DNA of 64,000 nt from Thermoproteota archaeon. GTDB lineage: Archaea; Korarchaeota; Korarchaeia; Korarchaeales; Korarchaeaceae. Positions 39,307 to 49,066 of the stretch are shown here, one piece after another. The translations under genes were made by a program, and so were the position numbers. The notes beneath the pieces are model-generated. The model had not been told where the DNA came from and did not search any database. It was given only the letters and a program-made list of their open reading frames with translations. The stretch lies in contig JALSOH010000006.1 in assembly GCA_026986575.1 (NCBI GenBank), positions 1-64,000 of the forward strand. The letters are read 5' to 3'. Each line of letters begins with the position of its first letter. Position 1 is the first letter of the stretch.

Positions 39307-39858
39307 TTGTCGGAGGAAGTCTATGTCTGTGAGATATGCGGCGGTACCTTCGTCGGTAAACCTGTGATAGTCGATCTGGACGGTTATAAGGCGATGGTCT
39401 GCCCGAGCTGCGCTAGAAAACTCCTGAGGAGGGAAAAGAAGGAAACTAAGGTCTCCATAAGGGAGACCAAGGCGGAGGCGCCACTGAAGAGGGAACCTCC
39501 CAGAAAGCCCCCTAAAGGAATTCCTACTCCCAAGAGGAGAAAAGTGGAGGAAATAGAGTACGTGGAGGGTTATGGGGGTAAGATAAGGGAGGCTAGAGAG
39601 TCCTTAGGCCTAACCATAGAGCAGGTGGCTGCTGCTTTGAACATAAAAGCATCCCTCCTCCGCAATATTGAGGCGGAGAAGGTCATCCCACCTTACGAGG
39701 TGGCTCGATCTATAGAGAAATTGCTGGAGATCACCATAATACAGAGGAACCCCGAGAGGAGCGCATCTGCCGTGCCAGAAACGGCCCCTCCGGTATCCAT
39801 AAAGTCAATTACCTTGGGCGAGATAGTAGAGGTGAAGAAGAAGAGGAGGAAGAGGTAA
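39307..39858 (+). CDS. mbf1: Archaeal multiprotein bridging factor 1 (Zn ribbon + HTH)
   Basis: CEICG...VC..C, IREARE..G, IE, TLG. Confidence 0.92.
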   Translation: MSEEVYVCEICGGTFVGKPVIVDLDGYKAMVCPSCARKLLRREKKETKVSIRETKAEAPLKREPPRKPPKGIPTPKRRKVEEIEYVEGYGGKIREARESLGLTIEQVAAALNIKASLLRNIEAEKVIPPYEVARSIEKLLEITIIQRNPERSASAVPETAPPVSIKSITLGEIVEVKKKRRKR

Positions 39859-41024
39859 TGCCCACCAACATACCTCCCGAGGCCCAGGCCAAGTGGGAGG
39901 AATATTCGAAGGCAAAGACGCCGGAAGAGAAGCTTCAGAAGTTGAAAGAGTTCTACGCCCTGATACCGAAGCACAAGGGAACCGAGAAGATGGAGAAGTT
40001 CATCAAGAGGAGAATGGCCGAGCTGAGGGAGGAGATTGAGAGGAGGAGAGCGAGCAAGAAGTCCAGAGGACCATCTCTCATGGTTGAGAAGAGGGGAGCG
40101 GCCCAAATGGTTCTGATAGGTTTCACCAACTCGGGACGGAGCACCATACTGTCGACCCTGACTAACGCCAGAGTCGAGATCTCCCCGAATCCGTTCACCA
40201 CAATAAAACCTGTGGAGGGAATGATGGAATTCAAAGGGGCCCAGATACAGATAGTAGAAGCTCCTCCAATAATACCTCAGGCCCAAGGGGGTCCCACTAA
40301 TCTCTCGGTGGCTCTAGCTGGGAATGCGGACATCTTGGGCATAGTCGTCAGCTCCACTGACGATCCGATAATTCAATTGGACGAACTGGTCTCCCTCCTG
40401 GAGTCTAGGGGGATAGTGCTGGAGAGGCCAAGTGGGAGGGTGAGGATAAGGAGAAGCAGGGCAGCTCCCACTATAGTGATCGTAAACAAGGGCAGAATCT
40501 TGGACGGTAACGAGAGAGACGTCAAGGAGATCCTGAGGTCCTACGGCATTGAACGGGCTTGGGTCGAGATCGAGGGTAGGGTGACCCTCGAAGACGTGGA
40601 GGAAGCCGTTTTCGGTGAGAAGAAGTACAAACCCTTCATAATATTCCTCACCAAGATGGATCTGACTGGAGACGATTCCCTGCTGCGAGAGGTGGAAGTT
40701 AGATATGGAGAGAAGGCCTTGGCCGTGATCTCCTTCCCGACTAGGCTGCCCAATAATGATGAACTGGGCGCGATGATCCTCGAGGAACTTGGACTCATAA
40801 GGGTGTTCACGAAGGCTAGGAATGAGAGGGAACCCTCCGAGAAGGCAGTCATCTTGGAGAGAGGATCCACCGTCTTGGATCTGGCCAAGTTCATCCATCA
40901 ATCTTTCAAGGAGAGGTTCAGATACGCCAAGGTCTGGTCGGACAGGCTCCCCTACTCACCAATGAAGGTCGGAGCGGACTTCGTCCTAGAAGACGGCGAC
41001 ATAGTGGAGATAGTGGTCAGGTGA
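39858..41024 (+). CDS. DRG/Obg-family GTPase-like protein with TGS domain
   Basis: MPTN.P, PKHKGT, G1 GFTNSGRS, FTT..P, TKMD, TGS domain (FRYAKVW...L.DGD.VEI). Confidence 0.9.
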   Translation: MPTNIPPEAQAKWEEYSKAKTPEEKLQKLKEFYALIPKHKGTEKMEKFIKRRMAELREEIERRRASKKSRGPSLMVEKRGAAQMVLIGFTNSGRSTILSTLTNARVEISPNPFTTIKPVEGMMEFKGAQIQIVEAPPIIPQAQGGPTNLSVALAGNADILGIVVSSTDDPIIQLDELVSLLESRGIVLERPSGRVRIRRSRAAPTIVIVNKGRILDGNERDVKEILRSYGIERAWVEIEGRVTLEDVEEAVFGEKKYKPFIIFLTKMDLTGDDSLLREVEVRYGEKALAVISFPTRLPNNDELGAMILEELGLIRVFTKARNEREPSEKAVILERGSTVLDLAKFIHQSFKERFRYAKVWSDRLPYSPMKVGADFVLEDGDIVEIVVR

Positions 41025-41033
41025 TTCTATACC

Positions 41034-41714
41034 ATGAATGCCATGTACGAGAAGAGAGTGGTCGCCAGAAAGGCGCTAGAGCTACTGAAAGAGGAGAAGG
41101 TCGAGTTACTCGGTCTTGGGTCCGGTACGACAGTAGCAACGTTCGTGGAGGAGCTTGCGAAAAGCGACCTGGGAGCCAAGATGAAGGTCATACCTTCATC
41201 CAGCCAGATAGAGGCCGAGGCTAGGAGACATGGATTGACTCTAGTGGGTCCTGAGTACGGAAGGCCGGATCTCACCATAGACGGGGCCGATGAGATAGAT
41301 GGTCAGCTCAACCTGCTCAAGGGAGGAGGAGGTGCTCTCGTCAGGGAGAAGATCTTGGCTACAAGCAGCGGCTACTACTTGGTTATAGCGGATCATTCCA
41401 AGGTGGTGAACAGGCTGTGCACTAAGAGGCCTTTACCGGTGGAGATCCTCCCTTACGGGTACTTATGGACAAAGGAGCTCATAGAAGATGCATTGAATGC
41501 AGAAGCTCAATTACGTTACCATGGAGACGGAATCTTCGTGTCGGACAACGGAAACTACATATTGGATGTACACTGCCAACCATTAGAGGAACCGGAATCG
41601 GTCGAAAAGCTCTTGAAGCTATATCCCGGAGTCGTGGAGGTGGGCATATTTACTGAACTGACGGATGAGGCCTTAGTAGCCTTCGGAGATGAGGTAAGGA
41701 GTTTCACCCCGTGA
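41034..41714 (+). CDS. rpiA: Ribose-5-phosphate isomerase A
   Basis: GLGSGTT, DGADE, KGGGGAL.REK, DNGN. Confidence 0.97.
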   Translation: MNAMYEKRVVARKALELLKEEKVELLGLGSGTTVATFVEELAKSDLGAKMKVIPSSSQIEAEARRHGLTLVGPEYGRPDLTIDGADEIDGQLNLLKGGGGALVREKILATSSGYYLVIADHSKVVNRLCTKRPLPVEILPYGYLWTKELIEDALNAEAQLRYHGDGIFVSDNGNYILDVHCQPLEEPESVEKLLKLYPGVVEVGIFTELTDEALVAFGDEVRSFTP

Positions 41715-41751
41715 AGCCACCCTTTTTATTTCGATCTTGGTGACTGTTGGT

Positions 41752-42072
41752 GGGCGGTGGGGTAGGGCTGGGGGAGTAGCCGTCCCCTGAACCGGAAGGC
41801 TAATGCCGGGGCCAGTAACCCCCGGGGGCGGTAGCGGGTAGGGAGCCCTCCCCTCTCCCTTGGACCGATGATCCTTGGCGCTGGCGGGCCGCCGGTGGGG
41901 TATCCCCGTCCGGAGGGGCGGGGTGAGCCCCTTTACCACCGAAACGGGTCAGGCCCGGAAGGGAGCAGCCCTAAGGTGGACGGTCGGCGCTGCCAGTGTG
42001 CTGGGGTGAGCGTCTGAGGGAGAATGAGGGGGCTCCCGAACCCGCCATCCACCCTGGGGGAGCCCACCGCCC
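41752..42072 (+). ncRNA. ffs: Archaeal SRP RNA (7S RNA)
   Basis: Helix-8 signature GGTCAGGCCCGGAAGGGAGCAGCC; terminal helix GGGCGGTGGG/CCCACCGCCC; about 320 nt; TATA at 41722. Confidence 0.95.
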
Positions 42073-42087
42073 AAAATAAAATAGAGA

Positions 42088-42315
42088 TCAGATGAGCTGG
42101 ACCTCGGTTCCGTCCTCCTTGATCTCATATATGTGTATTATGTTGACGGGGCAGGCCTGAGCCGCCTCCATGTTGCAACCGAGGTCGTCAAGCTCCGTCT
42201 TTATCGGGCTAGCTAGCCCGTCGTCCTCGATCACCCAGTTGTCCGGGCAAAGAGAGGCACAAACTCCATCGGCTATGCAGGACTCCCTATCATGGACTAT
42301 CTTGTACTTAGCCAT
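42088..42315 (-). CDS. fdx: Monocluster ferredoxin (CxxDxxC...CP)
   Basis: CIADGVCASLCP and AAQACPVNII. Confidence 0.92.
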   Translation of the reverse strand: MAKYKIVHDRESCIADGVCASLCPDNWVIEDDGLASPIKTELDDLGCNMEAAQACPVNIIHIYEIKEDGTEVQLI

Positions 42316-42438
42316 ACCTAACACCCCCTAAGGGCGTGATAAGTGGGGGGAGATCCTATTTAACCTTTTTATGACAATAAGGAGAGCTGAATTACCCTAC
42401 TGGAGGGATTATCAGGCTAAAAATAGAATTTAAATTCG

Positions 42439-42888
42439 TTAACATGACCTACTCTCCAAAAATTTCTCGAATCTTTTCTTAAAATCATTTACGCACTCCT
42501 CTAGGAAGGACATCAGCATCGAAATGCGGAGGATTGTCTCATCGCCAACGCCGTGCTCCACCCAGCAAGCTTCCTCCCTGGCTTTCTTCTCTTCCATGCT
42601 TAAGATCTCCCTTAAAAACTTGTAAAACACCTCCTCCCTGTTAAGCGTGGAGGAGGCTATCCTCTCGCCCTCCGGGGTGAGGTCAATGTATCCATACTTC
42701 TCGTAATTGATCAATCCCAGGCCGGAAAGCCTCTTCGCAGCATCCGTGACGCTCGATAGCCTGACACCCATCTCCTCAGCCAATTCCTTCACCCTCACAA
42801 CTTTCTTTCCCTTCCTCTTGAGTCTGTAAATAGCGGTCAGGTATTCTTGGAGTCCGGGAGTTATCTCTTCCTCCTTACGATGGGTCAT
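42439..42888 (-). CDS. DtxR/MntR family metal-dependent regulator
   Basis: EYL.AIY, LA...GV...SVT, Y..Y..I.LT..G, A..EAC..EH. Confidence 0.92.
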   Translation of the reverse strand: MTHRKEEEITPGLQEYLTAIYRLKRKGKKVVRVKELAEEMGVRLSSVTDAAKRLSGLGLINYEKYGYIDLTPEGERIASSTLNREEVFYKFLREILSMEEKKAREEACWVEHGVGDETILRISMLMSFLEECVNDFKKRFEKFLESRSC

Positions 42889-42947
42889 TTCTAACCGAGG
42901 TTAAGCTTGGTGCAAGAATATTAAGATGGTCTCCCCAACACACTTGT

Positions 42948-43469
42948 ATGTCCGCCTCGGTTCCGGAGGAGCACAAGGCCAAGGCGCCCAAGTCGGTATC
43001 TTTCTCCCTATACATAGTGAGTACCTCCAGATCCTCTGGGAAGGGTAATGAGGACCTAACTGGAGAGCTCGCTGAGGGCTTAATCAAGAAGGCAGGTCAC
43101 AGACTGATCAGGAGGGAAATAATACCCGATAGACCTAGTGCTATCAGGGATGCCCTCCTCAAGGCAACCCACGATTCGGATGTCATAATATTCAGCGGAG
43201 GGACCGGACTGCATCCAACCGATGTAACCCCGGATACCGTGGAGCCTCTCTTAGAGAGGAAGATACCGGGGTTCGGGGAGCTGTTCAGATGGTTGAGCTA
43301 CGAACAGGTGAGCAGCGCGGCCATGGCAAGCAGAGCTTCCGCTGGGATCTTCAATGGGTCGCTGGTCTTCCTCCTACCTGGATCTCCAGATGGAGTGAAG
43401 CTCGCACTCACCAAACTCATACTCCCTGAGGCCGCTCATCTAGTGTACTTGGTTAGGGGCGATCACTAA
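42948..43469 (+). CDS. moaB: Molybdopterin adenylyltransferase MoaB/MogA family
   Basis: VSTSR, D..G, GGTG....DVTP, PGFGE.FR, SRA.AG, LPGS. Confidence 0.93.
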   Translation: MSASVPEEHKAKAPKSVSFSLYIVSTSRSSGKGNEDLTGELAEGLIKKAGHRLIRREIIPDRPSAIRDALLKATHDSDVIIFSGGTGLHPTDVTPDTVEPLLERKIPGFGELFRWLSYEQVSSAAMASRASAGIFNGSLVFLLPGSPDGVKLALTKLILPEAAHLVYLVRGDH

Positions 43470-45430
43470 CTCCAGATAACCTCTCCCATATCTTCTCCAG
43501 CAACTATTCCCTCCAGTGAGTTGATCTCCTCCCTCAACCTTGGATCTCTGAGCAGTTCCAAGAACCGATTCACCGGTTTGCTCCCCAAGGAACTGCCTTT
43601 TATTAGGAAATCGTAGTTCTCCTCAGCTAATTTGATGAAATCTAGGCCGTAGAGGGATGCAGCTGTCCTTATACCGATGCCTATATCTGCAATCCCGTGG
43701 TATACGGCTGCAGCGACGGCACTATGGGACTTAGCCTCGCTCCAGTAGCCCCTTATTCGTCTCCTAACCTCATCGAAGTTCAGGCCCAGCGACTCCGCCT
43801 CCCTCCTCAGAAGAGCGTCCAAGAGTATTCTAGTACCCGAACCTTTATTCCTATTGATAAACATGAGATTTTCTCTCTCTATGAGATCTCTTATGGATTT
43901 TACACCCTTAGGATTACCCTTGGGCAGAATGAGACCCTGCTCCCTGCTGTAGCCCCTTACGAGTATCGCCTTACCCTTGAATTGGTAGCTGTCCATGAAT
44001 GGAATGTTATAGGTCCAGCTATCCGGATCCAAAGCGTGAACCCCCGCTATATCTGCTTCTCTCCTGCTCACTGCTTTGAAGCCGCCGGTGGATCCTACAA
44101 AAACGGCCTTGACGTGGTATCCCTCCCTCCTCAGGTGAGATAGTATCCTTTCCAGCCCTAAGCAATGACTGCCCATGACTGAGACATCGGCTATCTTTGA
44201 TCCTTTGTATAGGTGGACCTCGACGACTTCACCCTCCTCTATTATCTCCTCGTTCTTCTCCATGATCACAAATCCATCCGCTCTGGAGAGCGTGGTTATT
44301 GCCTCTGAACCCGTGGGGACCGGGAAAGTGAGGTAGTGATCTCCTTCCCTTACTACATGGACTGGTAGCAGATCCTTCCTTCCCTTCTCCCCGAAGATCC
44401 TCTCAGCTGCGATCGCCTTTACGATGCCCCCACCCTCCTCCAACATACCACTCCACTTCCTTATGAGGGGGGAAATCAAGGATTGATAGATGGTCATCGC
44501 GCTGGTAGGGTATCCAGGGAGTCCTATAATGAGCTTTCCCCTTGATTCCGCTATAACAGTCGGCTTACCCGGATGTATGGCGATACCGTGAACTAGCACA
44601 CCGGGAGGTCCCAGCTCCTCGAGAATCCGGTACATCACATCCCCAGCGCCCACGCTGGTGCTGCCAGAGAGTATCACCATATCGAACCTATCCAAGGCGT
44701 CCTCCAATGCCCTCTTTATGGCGTCGTAATTATCGGGGAGTATGCCGAGTCTCTCTGGAATGCCGCCGTCCTCAACTATGGAGGTGAACACCGTGAAGGA
44801 ATTGACGTCATATATCTTCCCGAAGTCAAGCGGTTCGCCCGGTTGGACTATCTCATCACCCGTCGAGAATATCCCCACCTTAGGAGGAGAGTAGACCTTC
44901 ACCTTCGTCCGGCCAACAGCGGCCAGTACTCCTATCTCACGTGAGGACAGGAGTGTGTCGGAATAGATGACCGTCTCTCCTCTTCTTATATCAGATCCAG
45001 CCCCGTGGATGTTCTCTCCCGGAGATATGGCCCTGAAAACGAGGAGCGAGTCTCCTTCCCTGACTGTATGCTCCTCCATGACCACAGCATTGGCCCCCTT
45101 GGGGATGGGGGCTCCCGTAGCTATCTCCACTGCCTCCCCCTCATCAACGATACCTAGGAAGGGATGGCCAGCCGCAGCCTTACCGATGACCCTCAGCTTA
45201 GCTGGACGATCCTCATCAACCCAGAAGGTGTCTTCCGCCCTCAGAGCGTAGCCGTCAACGGCCGCACGGTCGAACCCCGGTACATCCACATCCGATATCA
45301 CGTCTTCAGCTACCACCCTCCCCAGAGCAACTTCAATGGGAACCTCCTCGATGTTCTTGGGTCTGGAATAACTGAGCAAGAGGTTTAGAACCTCCCCAAA
45401 CTCCCTGAGCTCCCTGAAGACCTTCCTCAT
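43466..45430 (-). CDS. moeA: MoeA fused to LysR-type/PBP substrate-binding domain
   Basis: PGFDRAAVDGYA, IATGA..P, STGDE, PGKP, GLPGYP; C-domain GSH, GS.GG, NRN.GSGTR; ATGA overlap with upstream moeA. Confidence 0.93.
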   Translation of the reverse strand: MRKVFRELREFGEVLNLLLSYSRPKNIEEVPIEVALGRVVAEDVISDVDVPGFDRAAVDGYALRAEDTFWVDEDRPAKLRVIGKAAAGHPFLGIVDEGEAVEIATGAPIPKGANAVVMEEHTVREGDSLLVFRAISPGENIHGAGSDIRRGETVIYSDTLLSSREIGVLAAVGRTKVKVYSPPKVGIFSTGDEIVQPGEPLDFGKIYDVNSFTVFTSIVEDGGIPERLGILPDNYDAIKRALEDALDRFDMVILSGSTSVGAGDVMYRILEELGPPGVLVHGIAIHPGKPTVIAESRGKLIIGLPGYPTSAMTIYQSLISPLIRKWSGMLEEGGGIVKAIAAERIFGEKGRKDLLPVHVVREGDHYLTFPVPTGSEAITTLSRADGFVIMEKNEEIIEEGEVVEVHLYKGSKIADVSVMGSHCLGLERILSHLRREGYHVKAVFVGSTGGFKAVSRREADIAGVHALDPDSWTYNIPFMDSYQFKGKAILVRGYSREQGLILPKGNPKGVKSIRDLIERENLMFINRNKGSGTRILLDALLRREAESLGLNFDEVRRRIRGYWSEAKSHSAVAAAVYHGIADIGIGIRTAASLYGLDFIKLAEENYDFLIKGSSLGSKPVNRFLELLRDPRLREEINSLEGIVAGEDMGEVIWS

Positions 45431-46668
45431 AGCTTGAGCCACCTCCTATAAACGAGCACATCCACCTCACTGCCAGCCTCGTATCCTTCCACATCCTCTG
45501 GCACCACCACAAAGCCATCGGCTTGGGTAAGCGAGGAGATTATTCCCGAACCACCGACCCTCACGGGCGTAGCTAGTAAGGCATCGCTCTCCCGCCTGAG
45601 CTTGACCCTCACATAATGTCTGACGCCAGGTCGTGAAGCTATCCTCCTGTCCAGACGAGCCCTGACCCTCAGCCACTGGAAAATCCCTTCCACGCCTGAA
45701 ATCCTCGCTAATACCGGGAGGAGCACCTCCATGGCCGCGACCATGGCCGCAACAGGGCTCCCTGGAAGTCCTACCAAGGGGGTTCCGTCGATCATAGCTA
45801 GGAGAGTGGGTTTTCCTGGCATCATGCTCAATCCGTGGAACATTATCTCCCCACCCAAGGACCTCACGATCTTGGGAACTAGGTCCCTCTCTCCGACGCT
45901 GGTGCCAGCTATCGTGACTATCAGATCTCCATCCATTCCCCTCTCAACCATTTCCCTTAGCTCCCCCTCATCGTCCTTAGCTATACCCAAGTATCTAGGA
46001 ACGGCTAGATCCAAGACCATCGACTCTATGGCATACCTGTTGGAGTTGACTATTCTACCCTTGCCGAGAGGAGATCCAAGCTCCACAAGCTCGCTTCCCG
46101 TACTGATTATCGAGACCGTAGGCTTCTTGAACACTCTCACCTCAGTAATGTTCAGGGAGGCCAAGAGGAGCATTTCGAACGGACCTATAACAGTACCCCT
46201 CATCAGAACGGTATCCCCTCTCGACACATCGCTGCCCTTCCTGTCTACGTTAGCACCAGGAGGAACCTGCCTTATTATCTCTACATGATCTCCCGATCTC
46301 CTCGAGAACTCCAGCGGTACTACTGCATCAGCCCCATCAGGTAAGTAAGCGCCGGTGGCTATTTCCACTGCTTCTCCCTCCCTTATACTCACCTCCGACT
46401 CGTCTCCGGGCCTGAGCCTCCCAATCACCTTCAACACAACCGGATTAGACGCTGTCGCGCCGAAAGTGTCGGATGATCTGACCGCGTAACCATCGAAAGC
46501 GGCCCTATGGAAAGGAGGGATGTCAATAGGAGAGATCACATCCTCTGCTAGAACTCGCTTTCTTGCCTCATTTAAGGCGACCTCCTCGGGCGAGGTTGGG
46601 TGAAGATAGGTTAGGTAGATAGCAAGCGCCTGTCCTACGGGAGTTAGCCTCTTGAAGATGTGGGTCAT
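45427..46668 (-). CDS. moeA: Molybdopterin metal insertase MoeA
   Basis: PPF.RAAFDGYA, IATGA..P.GADAV, STG.E, PGKP, GLPG.P. Confidence 0.94.
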   Translation of the reverse strand: MTHIFKRLTPVGQALAIYLTYLHPTSPEEVALNEARKRVLAEDVISPIDIPPFHRAAFDGYAVRSSDTFGATASNPVVLKVIGRLRPGDESEVSIREGEAVEIATGAYLPDGADAVVPLEFSRRSGDHVEIIRQVPPGANVDRKGSDVSRGDTVLMRGTVIGPFEMLLLASLNITEVRVFKKPTVSIISTGSELVELGSPLGKGRIVNSNRYAIESMVLDLAVPRYLGIAKDDEGELREMVERGMDGDLIVTIAGTSVGERDLVPKIVRSLGGEIMFHGLSMMPGKPTLLAMIDGTPLVGLPGSPVAAMVAAMEVLLPVLARISGVEGIFQWLRVRARLDRRIASRPGVRHYVRVKLRRESDALLATPVRVGGSGIISSLTQADGFVVVPEDVEGYEAGSEVDVLVYRRWLKL

Positions 46669-46727
46669 CGAGGGAAGGGCGTGTTAATCTATAAATTAGC
46701 TTTCGCCCACATTCGGGAGGATGCACT

Positions 46728-47543
46728 TTGGCGGAGGATAAGGAAGCGCCGCTGCAGGAACACATCATCGAGCTGCTTGAGAGGTTGAGGAGGGTGCTAA
46801 TAGCCCTCATAATAACCTCAGGCATTGTGGTTGTGATTCCCTCTCAGCTGATAGAGTGGAAGTGGGATGGATACACTCCCTTAGTGTTTTACGTGATGAA
46901 GAAAATGCAGGAGGATCTCACCAACGTCCATAACCCAGTAGTGGAGCCTATAGCTTCCTTTTTCGGGATAAAGGAGCTCCCTGTGGAACTCATAGCCCAT
47001 AGCTGGCTGGATTCCATAGAAGTAATCCTCCAGCTCTCCCTCCTGATGGGTTTAGTTATAGCATCTCCTTACGTAGCTAAGCAGATTTACGAGTACTTGG
47101 AGCCAGCTCTCGAAGAGAGAGAAAAGAGGGTGCTCGTTCCGTTTTCACTCCTCTTCTTCCTGTTATTCGCTTTGGGTGTCGTGTACGCGTACTTCGTTAT
47201 CCTCCCATTGACGTTCTTCTTCCTCTCTTGGCTTTACCTCTTGGGTGGAGTTAAGCTCATATTCTCCGTCAAGGAGTTCTACTCTTTCGCCATAGTGGGG
47301 ATGCTCACTACCGGGCTATCGTTCACCTTCCCTCTAGTGGTTGCTTTGGCATCTTACTTGGACATAATAACCCCGGACACCCTGAAGAAGAACTGGAGGT
47401 ACGTGGTGTTCGTGATAATGGTCGTGACCGCCATAATAACTCCAGATCCCACTCCAGTCTCCATGATAGCGCTGGCTATCCCCTTCCTAGCGCTGTACGT
47501 GCTCTCCTATCTGCTGGCCAAGAAAATGCATAAGAAAAGCTGA
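46728..47543 (+). CDS. tatC: Twin-arginine translocase subunit TatC
   Basis: H..EL..RL, PAL...E, W.Y, AIITP. Confidence 0.93.
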   Translation: MAEDKEAPLQEHIIELLERLRRVLIALIITSGIVVVIPSQLIEWKWDGYTPLVFYVMKKMQEDLTNVHNPVVEPIASFFGIKELPVELIAHSWLDSIEVILQLSLLMGLVIASPYVAKQIYEYLEPALEEREKRVLVPFSLLFFLLFALGVVYAYFVILPLTFFFLSWLYLLGGVKLIFSVKEFYSFAIVGMLTTGLSFTFPLVVALASYLDIITPDTLKKNWRYVVFVIMVVTAIITPDPTPVSMIALAIPFLALYVLSYLLAKKMHKKS

Positions 47544-47577
47544 AAGCTGAGAATACGGCGAAAAGTTGAATGAGGGG

Positions 47578-47916
47578 TTACTCCTCCGACCCCTTCTTCT
47601 TAGCTGCTAGGGCCTTTATCTCCTCCATGAGCTCCTCGTCAGTCTTACCGGTGACATCTATCCCTAGGCTCAAGGCGAGCTCTCTGATCTCACTGCTGCT
47701 TTTCTTGGTCTTCTCCTCCTTCTCCTCCTTTGAGGTGACTCCGCTGCTGGCCTTCCTGAATTCGTTTATAGCCTCACCCATGGATCTAGCTAGCTCCGGG
47801 AGCCTCCTGGGCCCGAAGAGAAGTAGAGCGATCACTATAATTATCAGGAGCTCAGTCCAGCCTATAGGCCCGAACTGCATTAGCTTAAGGGTCAAGCCTG
47901 CCATTCCAGAGAGCAA
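47578..47916 (-). CDS. tatA: Twin-arginine translocase subunit TatA
   Basis: IG..ELL......LLFGP.RLPELAR..G....EFRK; start TTG 47916 (GGGTGA RBS) or ATG 47880. Confidence 0.92.
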   Translation of the reverse strand: MLSGMAGLTLKLMQFGPIGWTELLIIIVIALLLFGPRRLPELARSMGEAINEFRKASSGVTSKEEKEEKTKKSSSEIRELALSLGIDVTGKTDEELMEEIKALAAKKKGSEE

Positions 47917-48055
47917 AGCATCACCCGAACCATACTCCACATAACACATATATCTCTTTTTCTCCAATGGAGTAGCCGCCACAGTTCCTAAGCGTCTCCC
48001 TAGACAACGACCTATATACAGTCAAATTTTTTGTATGCTCCCTCGAGTGGAGGAG

Positions 48056-49066
48056 ATGCGTATAATCCTGATGGGTATGGGAGTCGTGGGACAAGCATTC
48101 TTGGAGCTGCTTGAGCTTGAAAAGGCAGATCTGTACAGGAAATACGGCCTCCATCCTGTGGTGGTGGCAGCGGCGGACTCTAAGTCAATGGTATACAATT
48201 CTAGGGGATTGGATGTACGGAGGCTCCTGAACCACAAGAGGTCCAAAGGAACTTTGCACGGCTTTCCCGATGAGGTTAGAGGTATGGACTTGGTGAGAGA
48301 TGTGGAGGCGGAGGTCGTTATCGAGGTCACGCCATCCAACTTCAGGACCGGAGAACCAGGGATCTCACACCTCAGGTCGGCACTTCAGACCGGTAAACAC
48401 GTTATAACAGCAAACAAAGGTCCTCTAGCTCTAGAAATGCCCGCACTAGTGGAGATGTTTCAGCACAAGGGTCTAAGGCTTCTCTTCAGCGGGACGGTTG
48501 GAGGAGGTACTCCCTTCCTCAGATTCGTTGGAAAGTGCCTGTCCGGCGAGAAGATAATATCGATAAGGGGAGTAATTAACGGAACCACGAATTACATACT
48601 CAACCGGATGGAGGACAGAATATCTTTCCAAGAGGCGCTGAGGGAGGCTCAAGAGAAGGGATACGCCGAGGCGGATCCGAGCAACGATGTGGATGGGTGG
48701 GACTCCGCTGCCAAACTCGTTATACTCTCGAATTGGGCCATGGATCTAGGCGTGACGCTGAAGGACGTGTCCGTCCGTGGCATCAGAGATGTGGAGATAA
48801 CGGAGGACATGCTCTCCAGAGGAAAGACCGTCAGGTTGATAGCCACAGCCGATGAATCCGGCCTCAGAGTCCAGCCCGAGGAGATCGACAGGAGGGATCC
48901 ACTGGTGGTTCCAGGCGCCCTGAACGCCGTCTCCTTCATCGCGGAGATATCCGGGAGACACACCTTGATAGGCAAGGGAGCGGGTGGAAAGGAAACCGCC
49001 GCCGCCCTGATGAGGGATCTGGTGGAACTGAAGATGTACTTGGGAGGTGTCGAGTCTTGCTCATAA
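48056..49066 (+). CDS. hom: Homoserine dehydrogenase
   Basis: G.G.VG, VITANKGP, TVGGG.P, NGTTNYIL, GYAEADP..DV.G.D, G.GAG..ETA. Confidence 0.96.
   Translation: MRIILMGMGVVGQAFLELLELEKADLYRKYGLHPVVVAAADSKSMVYNSRGLDVRRLLNHKRSKGTLHGFPDEVRGMDLVRDVEAEVVIEVTPSNFRTGEPGISHLRSALQTGKHVITANKGPLALEMPALVEMFQHKGLRLLFSGTVGGGTPFLRFVGKCLSGEKIISIRGVINGTTNYILNRMEDRISFQEALREAQEKGYAEADPSNDVDGWDSAAKLVILSNWAMDLGVTLKDVSVRGIRDVEITEDMLSRGKTVRLIATADESGLRVQPEEIDRRDPLVVPGALNAVSFIAEISGRHTLIGKGAGGKETAAALMRDLVELKMYLGGVESCS

Noticed and set aside
42336-42390. GTGATAA...ATGACA...CTGA C/D-like pattern
   Set aside because: Boxes are weak and the segment coincides with the ferredoxin promoter on the opposite strand
47933-47974. 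TACTCCA...TGGAGTA inverted repeat upstream of tatA
   Set aside because: Only 7 bp with a 28-nt spacer; compatible with chance
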